64,000 nt of DNA from the human T2T-CHM13v2.0 reference genome, Homo sapiens, in NCBI RefSeq assembly GCF_009914755.1, contig NC_060934.1; one strand, given 5' to 3'. Each line of letters starts with the position of its first letter. Position 1 is the stretch's first letter. Of the stretch, positions 45,661 through 59,700 are shown in pieces. Both the position numbers and the translations under genes were made by a program. The notes under the pieces are model-generated. The model did not search any database. It saw nothing but the letters and a program-made list of their open reading frames with translations, and was not told the origin of the DNA.

Positions 45661-48572
45661 TTATGTTTGCTTCTTTAGTTTAAAATATTTTTTCTTAAAA
45701 ACATAATTATGGCCACAGAGATTCAAATAACTAATTGTTTTAGTGGAAACATCTCATCAACTCGGGCTAGGGGGTATTGTCCATTAGAATAATAATTATT
45801 TTGAAAAGCAAGTTTTGAAATTAAATAGGCAAAATGGAGATTGATGGCTAAAACTTCCTTTTCTCAGTAATGTAAAGTGATTGACAAAGAAAGTAAACAT
45901 CATAAAGGTACTTATCTGATTACTTTTGCTCTCCAGTCTAATTTTCTCTGCTTTGGGGCTCAGATAGCAATGTTAATTGGCAGAACTAGAGTGCATCAGT
46001 TAGTAAAAATTATCTTTTCAATAGAATGGACCATACAAAGTCATTGTTTATTTAATACATAACTCAGTGGATTTGACTAAAATAAGTGTTTTAGTCATAA
46101 ATTACAATTCCAGCTTGGCATAGAAATAAACTATTGCTCAGTTTTCCTGTCCAACTGCCCAATTTTAGTTGTGTTTATTTCTTGTTTAACCTTGATTTAT
46201 GCTATAGTTGACTTTCTCCAACATTTTTTCTCAGTTTAATAAATCAATATTGATTTGTATTATACCAGGTAAACTGTTTCTTCGATTTAATATCTCACAA
46301 AATCAATATATAATTTATAATGTAACTTCTCTGCAAATACAGATTTCCATAGATCCATGGAATCTTGATTCATGGAATGTGGGGGCTATTCAGGGTACTC
46401 AAAAGCTTTAGTTCCTGTAACTGCTTAAAGGTGCATCAGGGATGCTCTGGGAGGAAGTTTGTGACTGTAATTGTATCTTTCTGCTTTTAAATGAAAATTT
46501 TCTGTGTACCAGGCTCATGATGATGAGCTCCATGAAAATGTCAAGGTTTAGGACATACTAGGGATCAAAACCAGAACAAACCTTAAGCTTTTTAAAAAAT
46601 ATGATTTACCTCTTTCCTATAAAATTTAGCCTCTTAAACTTGTTTCATGCTATGATATTTTTTAAAGTTCTGATAAAAGCTAGTGTACATATACACAAAT
46701 ATGCATATGTAAATCACATTATATGTATACCATGTACCATTATTCATCTCATTTAATTCTCACATTGAAATATTATTACACTCCTCTTTTACATTTGATG
46801 CTTTAAGGCTTAGAAAGTCTAGATTACTTAAGTATTACACAGCTGGTGTGATGCAGAGCTAGATCTGATTCAGAAGCCTTAGTTCCCAGCAACTATGTCA
46901 TTTTCACCCTCAAACTCATATGTAAACCCAGTTAAAGAATTTCTATATTAGTAAGTGGAATATGGGAGAAAAACAACAAAGTACAGTCAAGTAGAAGGGG
47001 AGCCAATATTTGTTCAGCTGTTAATATGTGCAAGACACTTTACTTACATTATTGTCTCAGTTGCTCTTTCTAAAAACCTTGTTGGAGAGGTGGAGTCTCT
47101 GTTTGGCTACTTTCTGGCCCTGTGATTTTGGGTAAGAAAATTAAGCACCCATTTACTACCTAGAGAGCTTAATTTACTTACCCAAGCTACCAGGGCCAGT
47201 AAGTAGCCAATTTGTGATTTAAACTCAGGCTTCTTTAGCTCTATAACACATGTTTTTACACTTTGTGTATCACTTTGCCTAATGAGATACATTGCATTTT
47301 GCTTTTTTCTTCTTGGAGTATCAATTAGAAATAAACATATAAAAATTAAATGGGGGAAATTTCTATTTTTTCCCCTTATACTATATTCTCATCAAACATT
47401 GTAATATAAGCTTTTGTGAGCAATTAAATTCTTAGCCTATCCTTACGGTTCTTTCCTTATTTAAATTCAAAGGCCAAAACATATATTCAATTTAAAATTC
47501 TCAGTGAATTTAAACCAAAGTCTCAGAAGTGTAATGGGTTTTTTTAAGAGTACAGTATGCTTACTCTTCACACAATAATATTTTTTAATTGTTATTGCAA
47601 GTAGGAGGTGTTTATCATATGAAAGAATATCAATTAAATCAGTGGTAATAGCTCAATCCTTGAATTTAAAAATATTATTCATTCTTATTTTAAGCAGTTA
47701 CTTTAAAAAAATTGCAATTGGCACAAAACTAAGTTCTGGAAACTGTGTCCCAAGGATTGTTTAAAGAAGTACTTTCATGAAGAAAGAGGTCAGTTTAAAG
47801 TAATACATAAGACAGAGATGAGATGCATTTTTCATTATATACCTAAAAGCTCATAAATTAATGTGCAAATGGAAGTATACAAGCCTGAGATAAACCTTTT
47901 AAGACATTTGTGTTTGGTTGGTTGATTTTAGGAATATTGTTAGTAACCAAGCTTTAAATTTATTTAACATTCTATTTTATCAGTCTTAAAATACTCATTT
48001 TAGTCTTTTTACCTTTTCTCCAGAGGATATGTTAGTATATATTTCTGTATATAATTTTTAAAAATTTGTTTCAAAAGAGTATGGTTTTAGCTAAATGACT
48101 GATTGGAACTCTATTACTTTTGTATTTTGAAAAGTTGCCTGTTTATAGAGCTACTTGCAGGGGAGGTTATTAAGCCCTGTGATTTATGACAATACAATTT
48201 CAACTTCATCTTTCAGGCAAAATCTATTCTGGTAGTGATGAATTTATCTTGTAGTAACTGGTTGTTTTAGTGCACAAATACTATAGCGGTCTAAAGTAGT
48301 TAATGGTCTTCAAAGATTGCTTTATTTTTTAAGAATACTTCAAGTCAGAAGAAGATGCTGGCTTACCTTCCTTTAGCTTACTTATATTAATATTTCAAAT
48401 AGATGCTCCCCAAATAACTTTCTCCTACTTTGAAAGGGCTTATGACATGGACATTTTGAATTTAAAAATATGGTAGCTAATATGTTGTAAGACTTGCACA
48501 AATCTGAGTAGATGATTTTGTGAAGGGAAGCGCCTTCTCCTTTCATATTGTTGAGGAAGCCCAGTTCTTTAA

Positions 48573-48887
<315 letters not shown>

Positions 48888-49540
48888 TGATTTTTCAATT
48901 TTGATAATTTGCTGTCTTTCCTTCATGGTTACCCTTTATATTATTTTCTCACGTTCTGTTTCCATTGTTATTCCTTTCTTTATTTTAGTTCAAACCCCAA
49001 CTACATCATTATGGTATGACCTTCAGCAAGTTAGTCAACCTTTCTCAGTCGGTTTCCCCACTGAAACAAAAAGAAAATATTAAGAGTACCTATTTCAGTG
49101 GGTTGTGAGCAAACAACCTGGTAATGCTGGGGAAAATGTTTATCTACCCAAAGACCCCTGATTAACATTCAAAAAATGATGTTATTTTCTAAGATATTTC
49201 TAAAAATAAAAGAAAATAGGTAAAACAGTTTAGTTGTCTATTATATTTGTTGGTGAGAACTATAGTGTATTTGTCTTCTAATTCCACTTAGTGGTTGTGA
49301 CTGTCTAGAATTAGAGTAAATGCAAAATGCACACCTTTTTGTTAAGATGTCTGTACCAAAAAATCTAATAGATAGCTACAAATACAGGGATAGTTATTAG
49401 AATCAGAGGTTAGTGAGATAGTAATGGGACCTGACGACTATTTTTAATACATTTTAAGACCCAGTATAAATTAATGAATCTTTTATATTAAATGACAAAG
49501 CAAGTTAATGATCACCTCATCAATGAATAACTTTCTACTA

Positions 49541-49858
<318 letters not shown>

Positions 49859-50457
49859 TGCTTAAACTTTAGAAGACTATATGATGAGGCAAGAGCAAAC
49901 ATGGTCTTAGATGTTTGGAAATCCTATGCCACGGAAGACATTTGAAGTCTTATAGAAGCTCTCTGCTTGATAATTTAACAGAAAGATTGTAATCGTTTTA
50001 AAAACAAGTATTAGAGTGATAATCCAATGATTCTTGTGATTAGCTCATTTAATACTCCCAGAATAGCAAACAGAACATTATAGTTTACTTTTTAATTGGC
50101 TGATTTGTACAACTTTGCCATGGACTGATAAAATAGTAGTCTAATTTGTACTGTAGTAAGATAGTGATAAGTACCTGTTTGGTGTCTACTATTTGACAGA
50201 CACTATTAGGTGATTTACAGAAATAATCTTTCATCTTCACAATAATGCCAGGTATGCATTATTATGTCTATTACAAAGAAGAAGCATTTGACATTCAGAT
50301 TGGTTATAAAAAGTAACACATCTAGAAAGTACTGGAAATACCCTTCACCCTCCCTCCCGAGAAAGCTTCTTCTCATTCCCACAAAATAGGATGCACATCT
50401 TTTGGGTTCACATAGCATTCTGTGCATCTATCATTAGTCTATTCTGTTTATTTTGAA

Positions 50458-51040
50458 TAGACTTTATTTTTTAGGGTAGTTCTATTAATTGTTTCACAGC
50501 AAAGGAATGTGCAGAGATTTCCTGTATACTCCCTTCCCCCACACATGCATAGCCTCCCTCACTATCAAAATCCTGCCCCACTGTCGTACATTTGTTATAA
50601 TTGACATACCTACATTGACACATCATTATTGCCAAGAGTCCATAGTTTACACTAGGGTTCACTCTTGGTGTTGTACATTCTATGGGTGTGGATAAATGTA
50701 AAACATGTGTTCACAATTATAGCACCATACAGAATAGTTTTGCTGGCCTAAAAATTCTCTGAGCCCTGTCTTTTCATCACTCCCAACCTCAACCCTTGAT
50801 TTTTTTACTGTCTCTATAGTTTTGCCTTTTCCAGAATGTCGTATACTGTAGTTGGAATTGTATAGTACATAGCCTTTTCAGATTAGCTTCCTTCTTTTTG
50901 AAATTTGCATTTAAGCTTCTTTTATGTCTTTTCATGGCATGATAGCTCATTTATTTTTAGTGCAGAGTAATATTCCATTGTTTGGTTGTACCATAGTTTA
51001 CATATCCATTGCCTCCTGAAAGACATTTTGATTGCTTCTG
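50458..51040 (-). mobile_element. L1MC1/2-type 3' fragment
   Basis: Same 3' UTR as 2870-3101 (GAGTCCATAGTTTACACTAGGGTTCACTCTTGGTGTTGTACATTCTATGGG), extending further. Confidence 0.85.
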
Positions 51041-54000
51041 ATGACTGTTCTATCTTAATTCTGATTACTTGTGCCTTTTTCAACAGTACATTGTTTCTTC
51101 ACAGTGTAAGCTTTACGATTAAATAACTTGACATTTCCAGTTCCTGTCGTGGTAGCCTCCCCATGGTTCTGCCTCAACAGATATATAATCTGGAATGTGC
51201 CACATTTTGCCAGACTGTGAGGATATAGGAGTTAACACCAGGCATGAAAGCCTACATTTTGGTGATGTTTCTCCCATTAGGTCTTTATAGGGGTTCTGAG
51301 AACGTAGAAATGTTCTCAGGTCGTTGTGATCTCCTGCTCAATACTGACTAATTGGCAAATTATTTGAAGATGCCGCCTGCTGTTGCTACCAGTGCTACTG
51401 ACCAGCAGCAGAAAGCTGTGTTCCTACTTTGGGTGCTGCCCTTGGGTGCTTCTAAGGCAGCAGAATGCAGGGGGATGCAGGATGCTGTTTAATGCCTTAC
51501 TTTATTTTGCTCAGGTTAATTTAGCTTTCCATTTGGTAGAAGAAAAATTAATTTTTAAAAGAAGAGAACATAATTTTAAAGAGTGAATTATTCTTAGTTT
51601 TAAATTCCACAAAAAATGTGTGGTGAGTGATATAAGACTGGATTTCCATTTTCTGAACCTTCTGTGGCTGGAGACAGAAACAAACATAATAATTTATAAA
51701 TTTCCAGAAATAATCTTGTAGCTGTAAGAGTAGATATGATATTTACCTGTGGGAAAGTTTTTCCTTCTTCTGAGAGATGTCAGGACAAGCAGGATATCTG
51801 TTCCTTGTTCTTGGGATAGTGATGACTTTAATGAAGTAATCCGGATGTCAGTACTTCAGAGAGAAATCCCTACATATTTTGATTAATAAAGCCAAAAGCT
51901 GTTCTACTAGAAATAAGCTGGTAATCTTTATATAGTTTTTGTGTTTTTTGAAAAGAATATGAAAAGATTGTTGGTTTTTCTTTTGCACTGGAAAAGAGGT
52001 ATTCGGGTTTTCTCAGAATGAAGATGGAGAAACAGAAGGAACAGAACTTTAAGAAAAGGTTGGGATTGTTAGGTATCCATGTTTTAACCAGATAGTCCAG
52101 TATTTGCCCTATATTTCCATAAAAGAACCACCCATTAAGTGGTATGTTTCTGAATACCGTTTTTCATTCATTAGGCATGTACAATGTACTCTTGATCCTG
52201 TTAGGTACTTGGTTACAAGAATTCCTTATATGGTTTGGTATTTTATTTGAAACTTTATGACAACCCTACTTGGAGAATAGATCTTCTGTCTTTCCTGTCC
52301 TTTGTCTTAGGCAGCAATACACGAATTTTTCCTTGTGGGTCCCCTGTCTACCAAGCAAATCAGCTCATGCTTATACGCCTCTGGGAGATACCAAAGACAG
52401 CCAAATCCAAATCCCAATGTAAAGTCTCCTGGACAACCCACTACTATTAAGTGTGAATGATTGAGTCAGCATATGAACCCAAGTATATCTGACTCTAAAG
52501 ATTATTATTTTTTTCATAAAACAGTATGTTTCCTTTAATTTGAAAATTTGCTATTGAGCCAAAAATCATATGATAAAATTAACTACACCACACAACCTAC
52601 TGAGTCCTTGAAAGGCCTTCTCCCCTGAATGAACAGAAATGGCTGAAGAGAAGACCCTAACTCCTGGACCACCTAGCCCATTTAGCTCTGATGGCACCTG
52701 GCTAATGACTTCTCAGCTGTCTCCTGCAGAGCTTATGGCTGTTTGCAGTTGTGACCTGGCTCTGCATTCTGAATGTTTTTAAGGAGCGACTGGTGACATT
52801 TTTTTCTTTTTTAAATTGGGGTTTACTGTGGTTTGCCTACCATAGTCATTTCCTGGTTATTGATTTTGATGTTTTGCTACTTCATTTTATGTTGCTCAAT
52901 GTCCATGAGCTGAATTGCCTGGGGAAAAACTACTTTGGCTTTTAAAATAGTTTTCCATCCAAGATTCTGATTGGCAGAAAAGGTTGAGGGCTAAAGTGAG
53001 CCTGGTTTTGATGTCTCCTCTGTTTGATGACCTAGTTGATTTAGCCTGAATCTCCCATTTTGAGTTTGGCATAATCTGTTCTTTTAGTTACAAAGGAGTA
53101 GAAAAACTTACCGCGTAATCTGATTCTATAAAATAGGTAGACTTTTTCTGGTAACATAGTCTGCTGTTAGGGGTGGGTTTTAAATAAGCAGTAGTTTGTA
53201 CCCTGTCTTACCTTTGGGTTGAGTAGTGTTTGAACTGAGCATCATAGTGGGAGATGAACTTTAAGTGTAGAATTTTCCTCCTTTCCCTACATACTTTCTT
53301 CATAAGGCACAGTGATTTTTACTGGGTTTTATACTAGAATGAAAAGAACCTTCAACAAACTGGAATACAATTTGGATGCTGAACAATAAATAAATAAATA
53401 AATTTTGGAAGACTCTGGGTAAATCACATATTTTTCTGTCTTCAGTATTTTATCAAAAAGACTTAAAAACATTCTAAAGAACTTTAAAATGCATATTTAA
53501 AATACATGCTCATGTACATGATCAAGCAAACATTATGCAGCCAATAGTCTTAAGCTACCACATAACTTGTAATTCTTATTTATAAAATCGTAAGTAACTT
53601 TTAATCATTTCTGGACCCTATAATTGAGTCTGTCTCTGTGTTACCAGTTCCTCAAATTAATCCATGATTGACTTGGTTTGTTAGACTTGTTTTTACTTAG
53701 CTAAATAATTTGATGCTGGATATTGTACTTGACCACAGATTGTATGATACAGTAGCTGATGATTGGGGAATTTTCTTCCAATAAAACTGCGAAGGTCATT
53801 AAGTTTGTTCCTGGTTATTTATTTGCAGGAAATGTTGCATTCCATTTGTAAACCAAGAAGATGGCCTATTTTTTCTTATTCATGTGAAACAGGTGTCATC
53901 ACATAAAATTTTGACATAGAATAAGAGCAAACGTTAAGCCTTTGAAAGAAATGTTTATCATCCTTGGAACTGCAGAACTTAAAATTCTGGAATTTTTTGA

Positions 54001-55188
54001 AGTCATTTTATATATCCTAAAGACAATGGAAATGGCGTATTGGGAAAGAAATGTCTCGTTGGATGGGGTGGTGTTTAAGATATTCATAATGATTACTGTG
54101 TTCTATCTAGAGAATAATTGTTGCTAAAACAAATTTTAAAATCTCCACTTTTTGATATAATTTTCTTTTATTTTTCCCCAGGGCCAAATGCCCTTTCTGC
54201 TTTACAAATATTAAAACAAAAACAAAAGCAAAAACAAAAAACAGACATCTGGATCATTTCAATCATCAAATGTCTTTGGGTCTGCATGTGTATTTATACT
54301 CATGATCCCAAATATGAATAGTATAGGCGTAAACAAGCCATTGGTTACAAAGCTTTCGTGTTATGTTGTCATTTTAAGAAAGGCTGTTTCCCCAAAGGCA
54401 AGAGGGAAATTATAGCAAGTGCAGTTTTAGGCCTCTACAGTTATCCCAGATTACCTTTTTATAAAATGTTGACAGCCTCACAAAAACAGTCTCACTGTGC
54501 CGACATTTGGAAGCAGACAAGCATTGCAAAGTGTACCATCATAACAGCAATGGTTTGGGTCTCTGAAAAATCTTTTTATACTGTTCACAGAAAATTGTTT
54601 TTACCCCTTTATAGATATTCAGCCAAAGCTTTATATTCCCCTTTAGAAAACAAGAGCTAGTACAAGCACTCTTAAGTAGTCACAGCTGGAATTAGCACTA
54701 CTTCTGTCCACTGGAGAGGGGCAGGAAAAGTAGGCTGTAGCAAGTATGTTTCTATGTCTGTAATAACTATTGTCCTTGAGAAATCCAGAGGGAGTTAGAA
54801 GTCCCTGTAATTCCCTTTTACAAACAAATCAAGTAAATAGTTATATGTGAACATTCACCATCAGTTATGTCTGCAATATTGGGCAAAGTACTTATTAATT
54901 TTTTCTTTCTCCTCATCATCACGTTCCCCCTCACTTCAGCCCCCAACACCCATTGTATTTAGTTCAGTATTGCCTTAGATGTTAAAAAAAAAAGTATCGA
55001 AATCTGAAGGGGCAAGGTTGTTCTATATGCAAGTCTTAAGTATTGTAAAAAATGCAATAGCAATAGAGAGATGAAGAATTCTATTAAATCAAGTATTAAT
55101 ATTTAATCTTATACAGACACTTTTCTCTCATCCTAAACAAGGACTGCTTAACTTTAAGCACTTTTAAAGAATATATAAAAAGCAAATA

Positions 55189-55335
55189 CAGATGGTCCTC
55201 AACTTACAAGGGTTCAACTTATGATTTTTTGACTTTACAATGGGTTTATCAGGGCGTTAAATGCGTTTTTGACTTACAATATTTTCAACTTACCATGGGT
55301 TATCAGGTTGTAGCCTCGTGAGCCAAGGAGATCTG
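55189..55335. mobile_element. MER47-family (Tigger5-derived) MITE
   Basis: TA|CAGATGGTCCTCAACTTAC...GAGATCTG|TA; internal GACTTAC repeats. Confidence 0.8.
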
Positions 55336-55553
55336 TACACAATTATTATAGCTTGAATGCAAGCACATCAGACCCCTTTCTTTGTGTATACAGGTAATGT
55401 TTATTTAATACTTACCTGTGCCAAGCACTGTATCTTCATATCATACGAGGCAGGTACTTCTACTAGTCTAATATTACAGATGAAACTGAAGCACAGAGAG
55501 GTTAAGTAACTTGCCCCAAATCACACAGCTAGTAAGTGACAGAGCTTGGACGT

Positions 55554-55928
55554 TGATATGGTTTGACTCTGTGTCCCAACTCAAATCTCATCTTGAATTG
55601 TGCTCCCATAATTCCCATGTGTTGTGGGAGGGACCTGGTGGGAGATAACTGAATCTGGGGGTGGTTTCCCTCATACTGTTCTCATGGTAGTGAATAAGTC
55701 TCACAGGATCTTATGGTTTTATCAGGGGTTTCCACTTTTGCATATTCCCCATTCTGTCTTTGCCTGCTGCCATCCATGTAAGACGGGACTAGCTCCTCCT
55801 TGCCTTCTGCCATGATTGTGGGCCTTCCCCAGCCATATGGAACTGTAAGTCCAATTAAACCATTTTCTTTTGTAAATTGCCCAGTCTTGGGTATGTCTTT
55901 ATCAGTAGCGTGAAAATGGACTAATACA
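55554..55928 (+). mobile_element. THE1 (B/C) solo LTR inserted in a MIR
   Basis: TGATATGGTTTG.CTCTGTGTCCC..CAAATCTCATCTTGAATTG...GGACTAATACA; TSD GAC(G/C)T. Confidence 0.93.
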
Positions 55929-56235
55929 GACCTGTATTCAGGTAGCCTAACTCTTGAGTCCTGTCTTTTGACGCCTGTGCCGTATTGCTTCTCACTGTAC
56001 AGTAGTAAGATTGCCAGGTGATTCATATGTACATTTAAGTTTGTGATACACTTATCGAAAACTCTTAGTATTAAAAAAAGTCTCTTTTAGAAAAAAACAA
56101 AATAAAACTATTCTACCCCAATTAATTAAATTGCCTCCTGATTTTCCTTCAGGTTTTGAATATGTTGGAAAAAGAGTAAATAAGACATTCTCTTTGCTCT
56201 TGCTCCTCATGGTCCAGTTATAAGCTTTGGCATGA

Positions 56236-56587
<352 letters not shown>

Positions 56588-56590
56588 GAC

Positions 56591-56766
56591 CAATGGTTCT
56601 TAAATGTGAATCCTGGACAAGCAGCATTCATCAACACCACCTGGGAATTTAAGTATGTACGTGTTTAAGCCCCAGCCAAGACCTACTAGGGGGCTGGGGC
56701 CCAGTAATCTGTGTTGTAAGAACCCTCCAGGGGATTTTGATTACCTCTCAAGTTTGAGAACCGCTG
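56591..56766. mobile_element. MER5A
   Basis: CAATGGTTCTTAAATGTG..TCCTGGACAAGCAGCA...GGGCCCAGTAATCTGTGTT...AAGTTTGAGAACCGCTG. Confidence 0.85.
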
Positions 56767-59700
56767 CCTAAGTTTTGAAACAGCACAATATTTGAATATT
56801 ATTAATTATACTTCACCATAGAGCCTTCAATAAAAACATTGTTTTGCAACTGAGACAGTTTATAAATGTATAGGAAAGTGTGTGATGTGAACTTGTTTCA
56901 TTGAAAACAAGCCACAGTCCTAAAAATAGGAACGTAGCAGCTTCTTGCAAAAGTGGCTAATTCTTTGGAAAGGGTTGGCTCTGGGGTTTGCCCTCTTGCC
57001 ATCTTGGTTAACTCTTTCTCCATCCCTTTTGACATTTCATTATATTTGGTTGCTGCTTTTAACACTCCCCTTGTGAAAGGCCTTCCTTTGCTTGGTTGAC
57101 TGATATGTTCTTTCCCTGCTCTGGCTGAGTTTGCCCTTTGACAGGCCCCTGACTTCCCCATCTCCACAGCAATCATTTCCTCAGCGGCCCTGCAGAGTCT
57201 CTTAGTTGTGTTCTAATAAAGATTAAATACATGCTGTGCATGCAGGATTGGGCCCTTCAGCTCTTCTTTATGCCATTGTGTCTAGCGTGGAGATGAGTAG
57301 CCTTCCTGAAAATTGCCCATGGAATGCCTTTTTCCTCATGGTATTTCAATGCAGTACACATATGTAGCTGTCCCACTGGATTTTAAGCATCAGCTCGTGT
57401 GTGTTCTGGTGTTCTTAAACCAGAAGCATACGTTGGTCATCTCTTTCAAAGTTAAAAAGCAAAACAAAACAACAACTTCTACCTGCCAGAAAGGATGAAT
57501 AGTTTTACCCTGGGACATTTCTAAGGAAACCAGAATAGTTTTTTACTTGTTTAAGAAAAAAATCAGTTCCAGTGTGTTTTATATTTGGTGTAAATCCTGA
57601 AATGATTGTCACTTTGCTAGTTATTGGAGCAACCCAATTGAACTGTGACTGTATCTACTTCTGATAAGCTACCCTTAGTCTACATGCTTTATTCAGGCAT
57701 TCACCTACAATATGATTACAGTATTGAACTTCCTTCCCTGGAAATAAGAAACAGTTCCCTAAATCTAAATATGACTCTATGGTTTCATTAGTGTCAATAA
57801 ATTTAGCTTGAAAAATAATCATAGCTTTTGGAATAAAAAATTACATTCATTTTTGTTTTTGCCTCTCATCTTTCCTTTTTAATATTAAAAGGCCAAGTAT
57901 ATTATTAATGGAAAAAGGCTAATTTGTGACAGGTGAGCAATTAGTGTAAAGACTATGACTAATTAAAATAAATTTTCTTCTCATTTTTTTTAGAATCCAA
58001 GTTGCTTACTAGGGTTGTTATTCTTTCTTCCTTCTTTAGGCCATAAAATTGCAATTTGATTGTTATTATATTAAGATATTTGGGAACATAACAAGTCCTC
58101 GTTAGAAATAGCTTCTTGATTTCTTCTTCTTTTTTTTTTTTTTAATAAATATCCTAAAAAGACTAAGTTTGTTCTCCTGCCTCTACCCATTCTCAAGTTT
58201 GAGAATTGGTCAGTGGGAACCAGTGCATGAAATGTGAAGGGAAGATCAGGAGTGATTTTGAGTATAACCTCTAGTGTTTCCAGGTTTCCATGTTTGTCTT
58301 TTGCATAAACCTCTGTCCACTGTTACTGTGGCATAACCCTGACCATGGACGTTTTTCTTGTTCTTTGTTACTGTTTCCTGGTTGGAATAACAAGAAAAGA
58401 AAAACAAAATGTATGGAAAACACTGATCAGGGAAGCTGAAGAGCTGGTAAAAAGAAAAACAGAATGACAAAATTGGAATCCTAAAACATATTCCTGGCTT
58501 TCTACTTGAACGCAACTTGTAACAACTTAATGTCTATCTATTATATTATTGATTGACGTTGAAGATTTTACATTCCTTTTTCACAATACTAAGTGGAGAC
58601 AAGATACCAGTAACATTAAGAATCAAGGCAGATTTTGTTGATTATCTGCCAACTCTGCATAGTAGAGTCTACAGTGAACTAAGGTGTACTTCAGCTGATG
58701 GCTCCTGTCAACATGATGCCATGCTCAATACATGTCTGTATTTGAATAAACATGATGGTCTCACGCCATGTTTAAATACATAAAACCAAATTGATAAGGA
58801 CATAGTATGATTAAGAAAGCACTCATTACTACTTTTGTCGGTGACTGGGAGATATCTCATTCAGCCAATATAGATAAATAGATCAATAGTTACTTAAGAT
58901 CATAACTTGTATTGTCTATACAACATAATAACGCATCTGTAGCTAGTAATGACATAGGAGTTATAGAACCTGAGCTGTACTGTCTCCACCTTTCAGAGTT
59001 TGCTGCATCTTTGAAGCAGGTGGCATTAGTTATGCCCAAGAAAATAGATCTGAAATTCCTGTAAATCTGTAGCTAACATTATTTCCAGAATGTATAGAGT
59101 CAATTGTTAGAGATGTGAAGTATCAGAATGGAATAAACAGTATCAATGAAGTCAGAGAAGGTGGAAAGTTTGTTGATAACTTATTAATTTTTGGCTAAGA
59201 TCTACTAAATTGCTGACTAGGTGATAAAACATTTGGCAGTAGAGCAATCTAGGCTGGTGGATCTGTTGTTTCTCGGCTGAGTGGTGAGACGCCTTGGATA
59301 TGTTTTAGGAGTGTGTGGCCTTGAGCTCGATAAAGAGTATCTTGATTTTGGGGATGGGACTCAATAAAAGGAAATAAGGAAATAGGATTTTTTATTTCTA
59401 GAGTTATAAAGTAAGGTTTTGCTAGCTTTGTTTGCATCAGGAATTTGACCAGCCTTCTTTTCTTCACTTGTGTAGCTCCTCCTCTTCCAGGCCTAACTGT
59501 AAGCACTTTTTCCATGGGGAACTCTTCCCTCACCACTAGGGCTAGGTTTGATGTTCCTGTGGGAGGCTCCCCACACACTCTGAATACGTCAGTTGAGCCT
59601 GGCACTCACCACACTATATTGATATTGCTTTCTTTATTGATCTCTCTTCTACTAAACCATTGCAAACTTTTAGAAGAGGAAATATATGTGTCTTGCTCAC

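Noticed and set aside
56898-57176. 92-aa minus-strand ORF with protein-like composition
   Set aside because: No recognisable homology, an in-frame stop 12 codons upstream, and no polypyrimidine acceptor. A tBLASTn or PhyloCSF hit would be needed.
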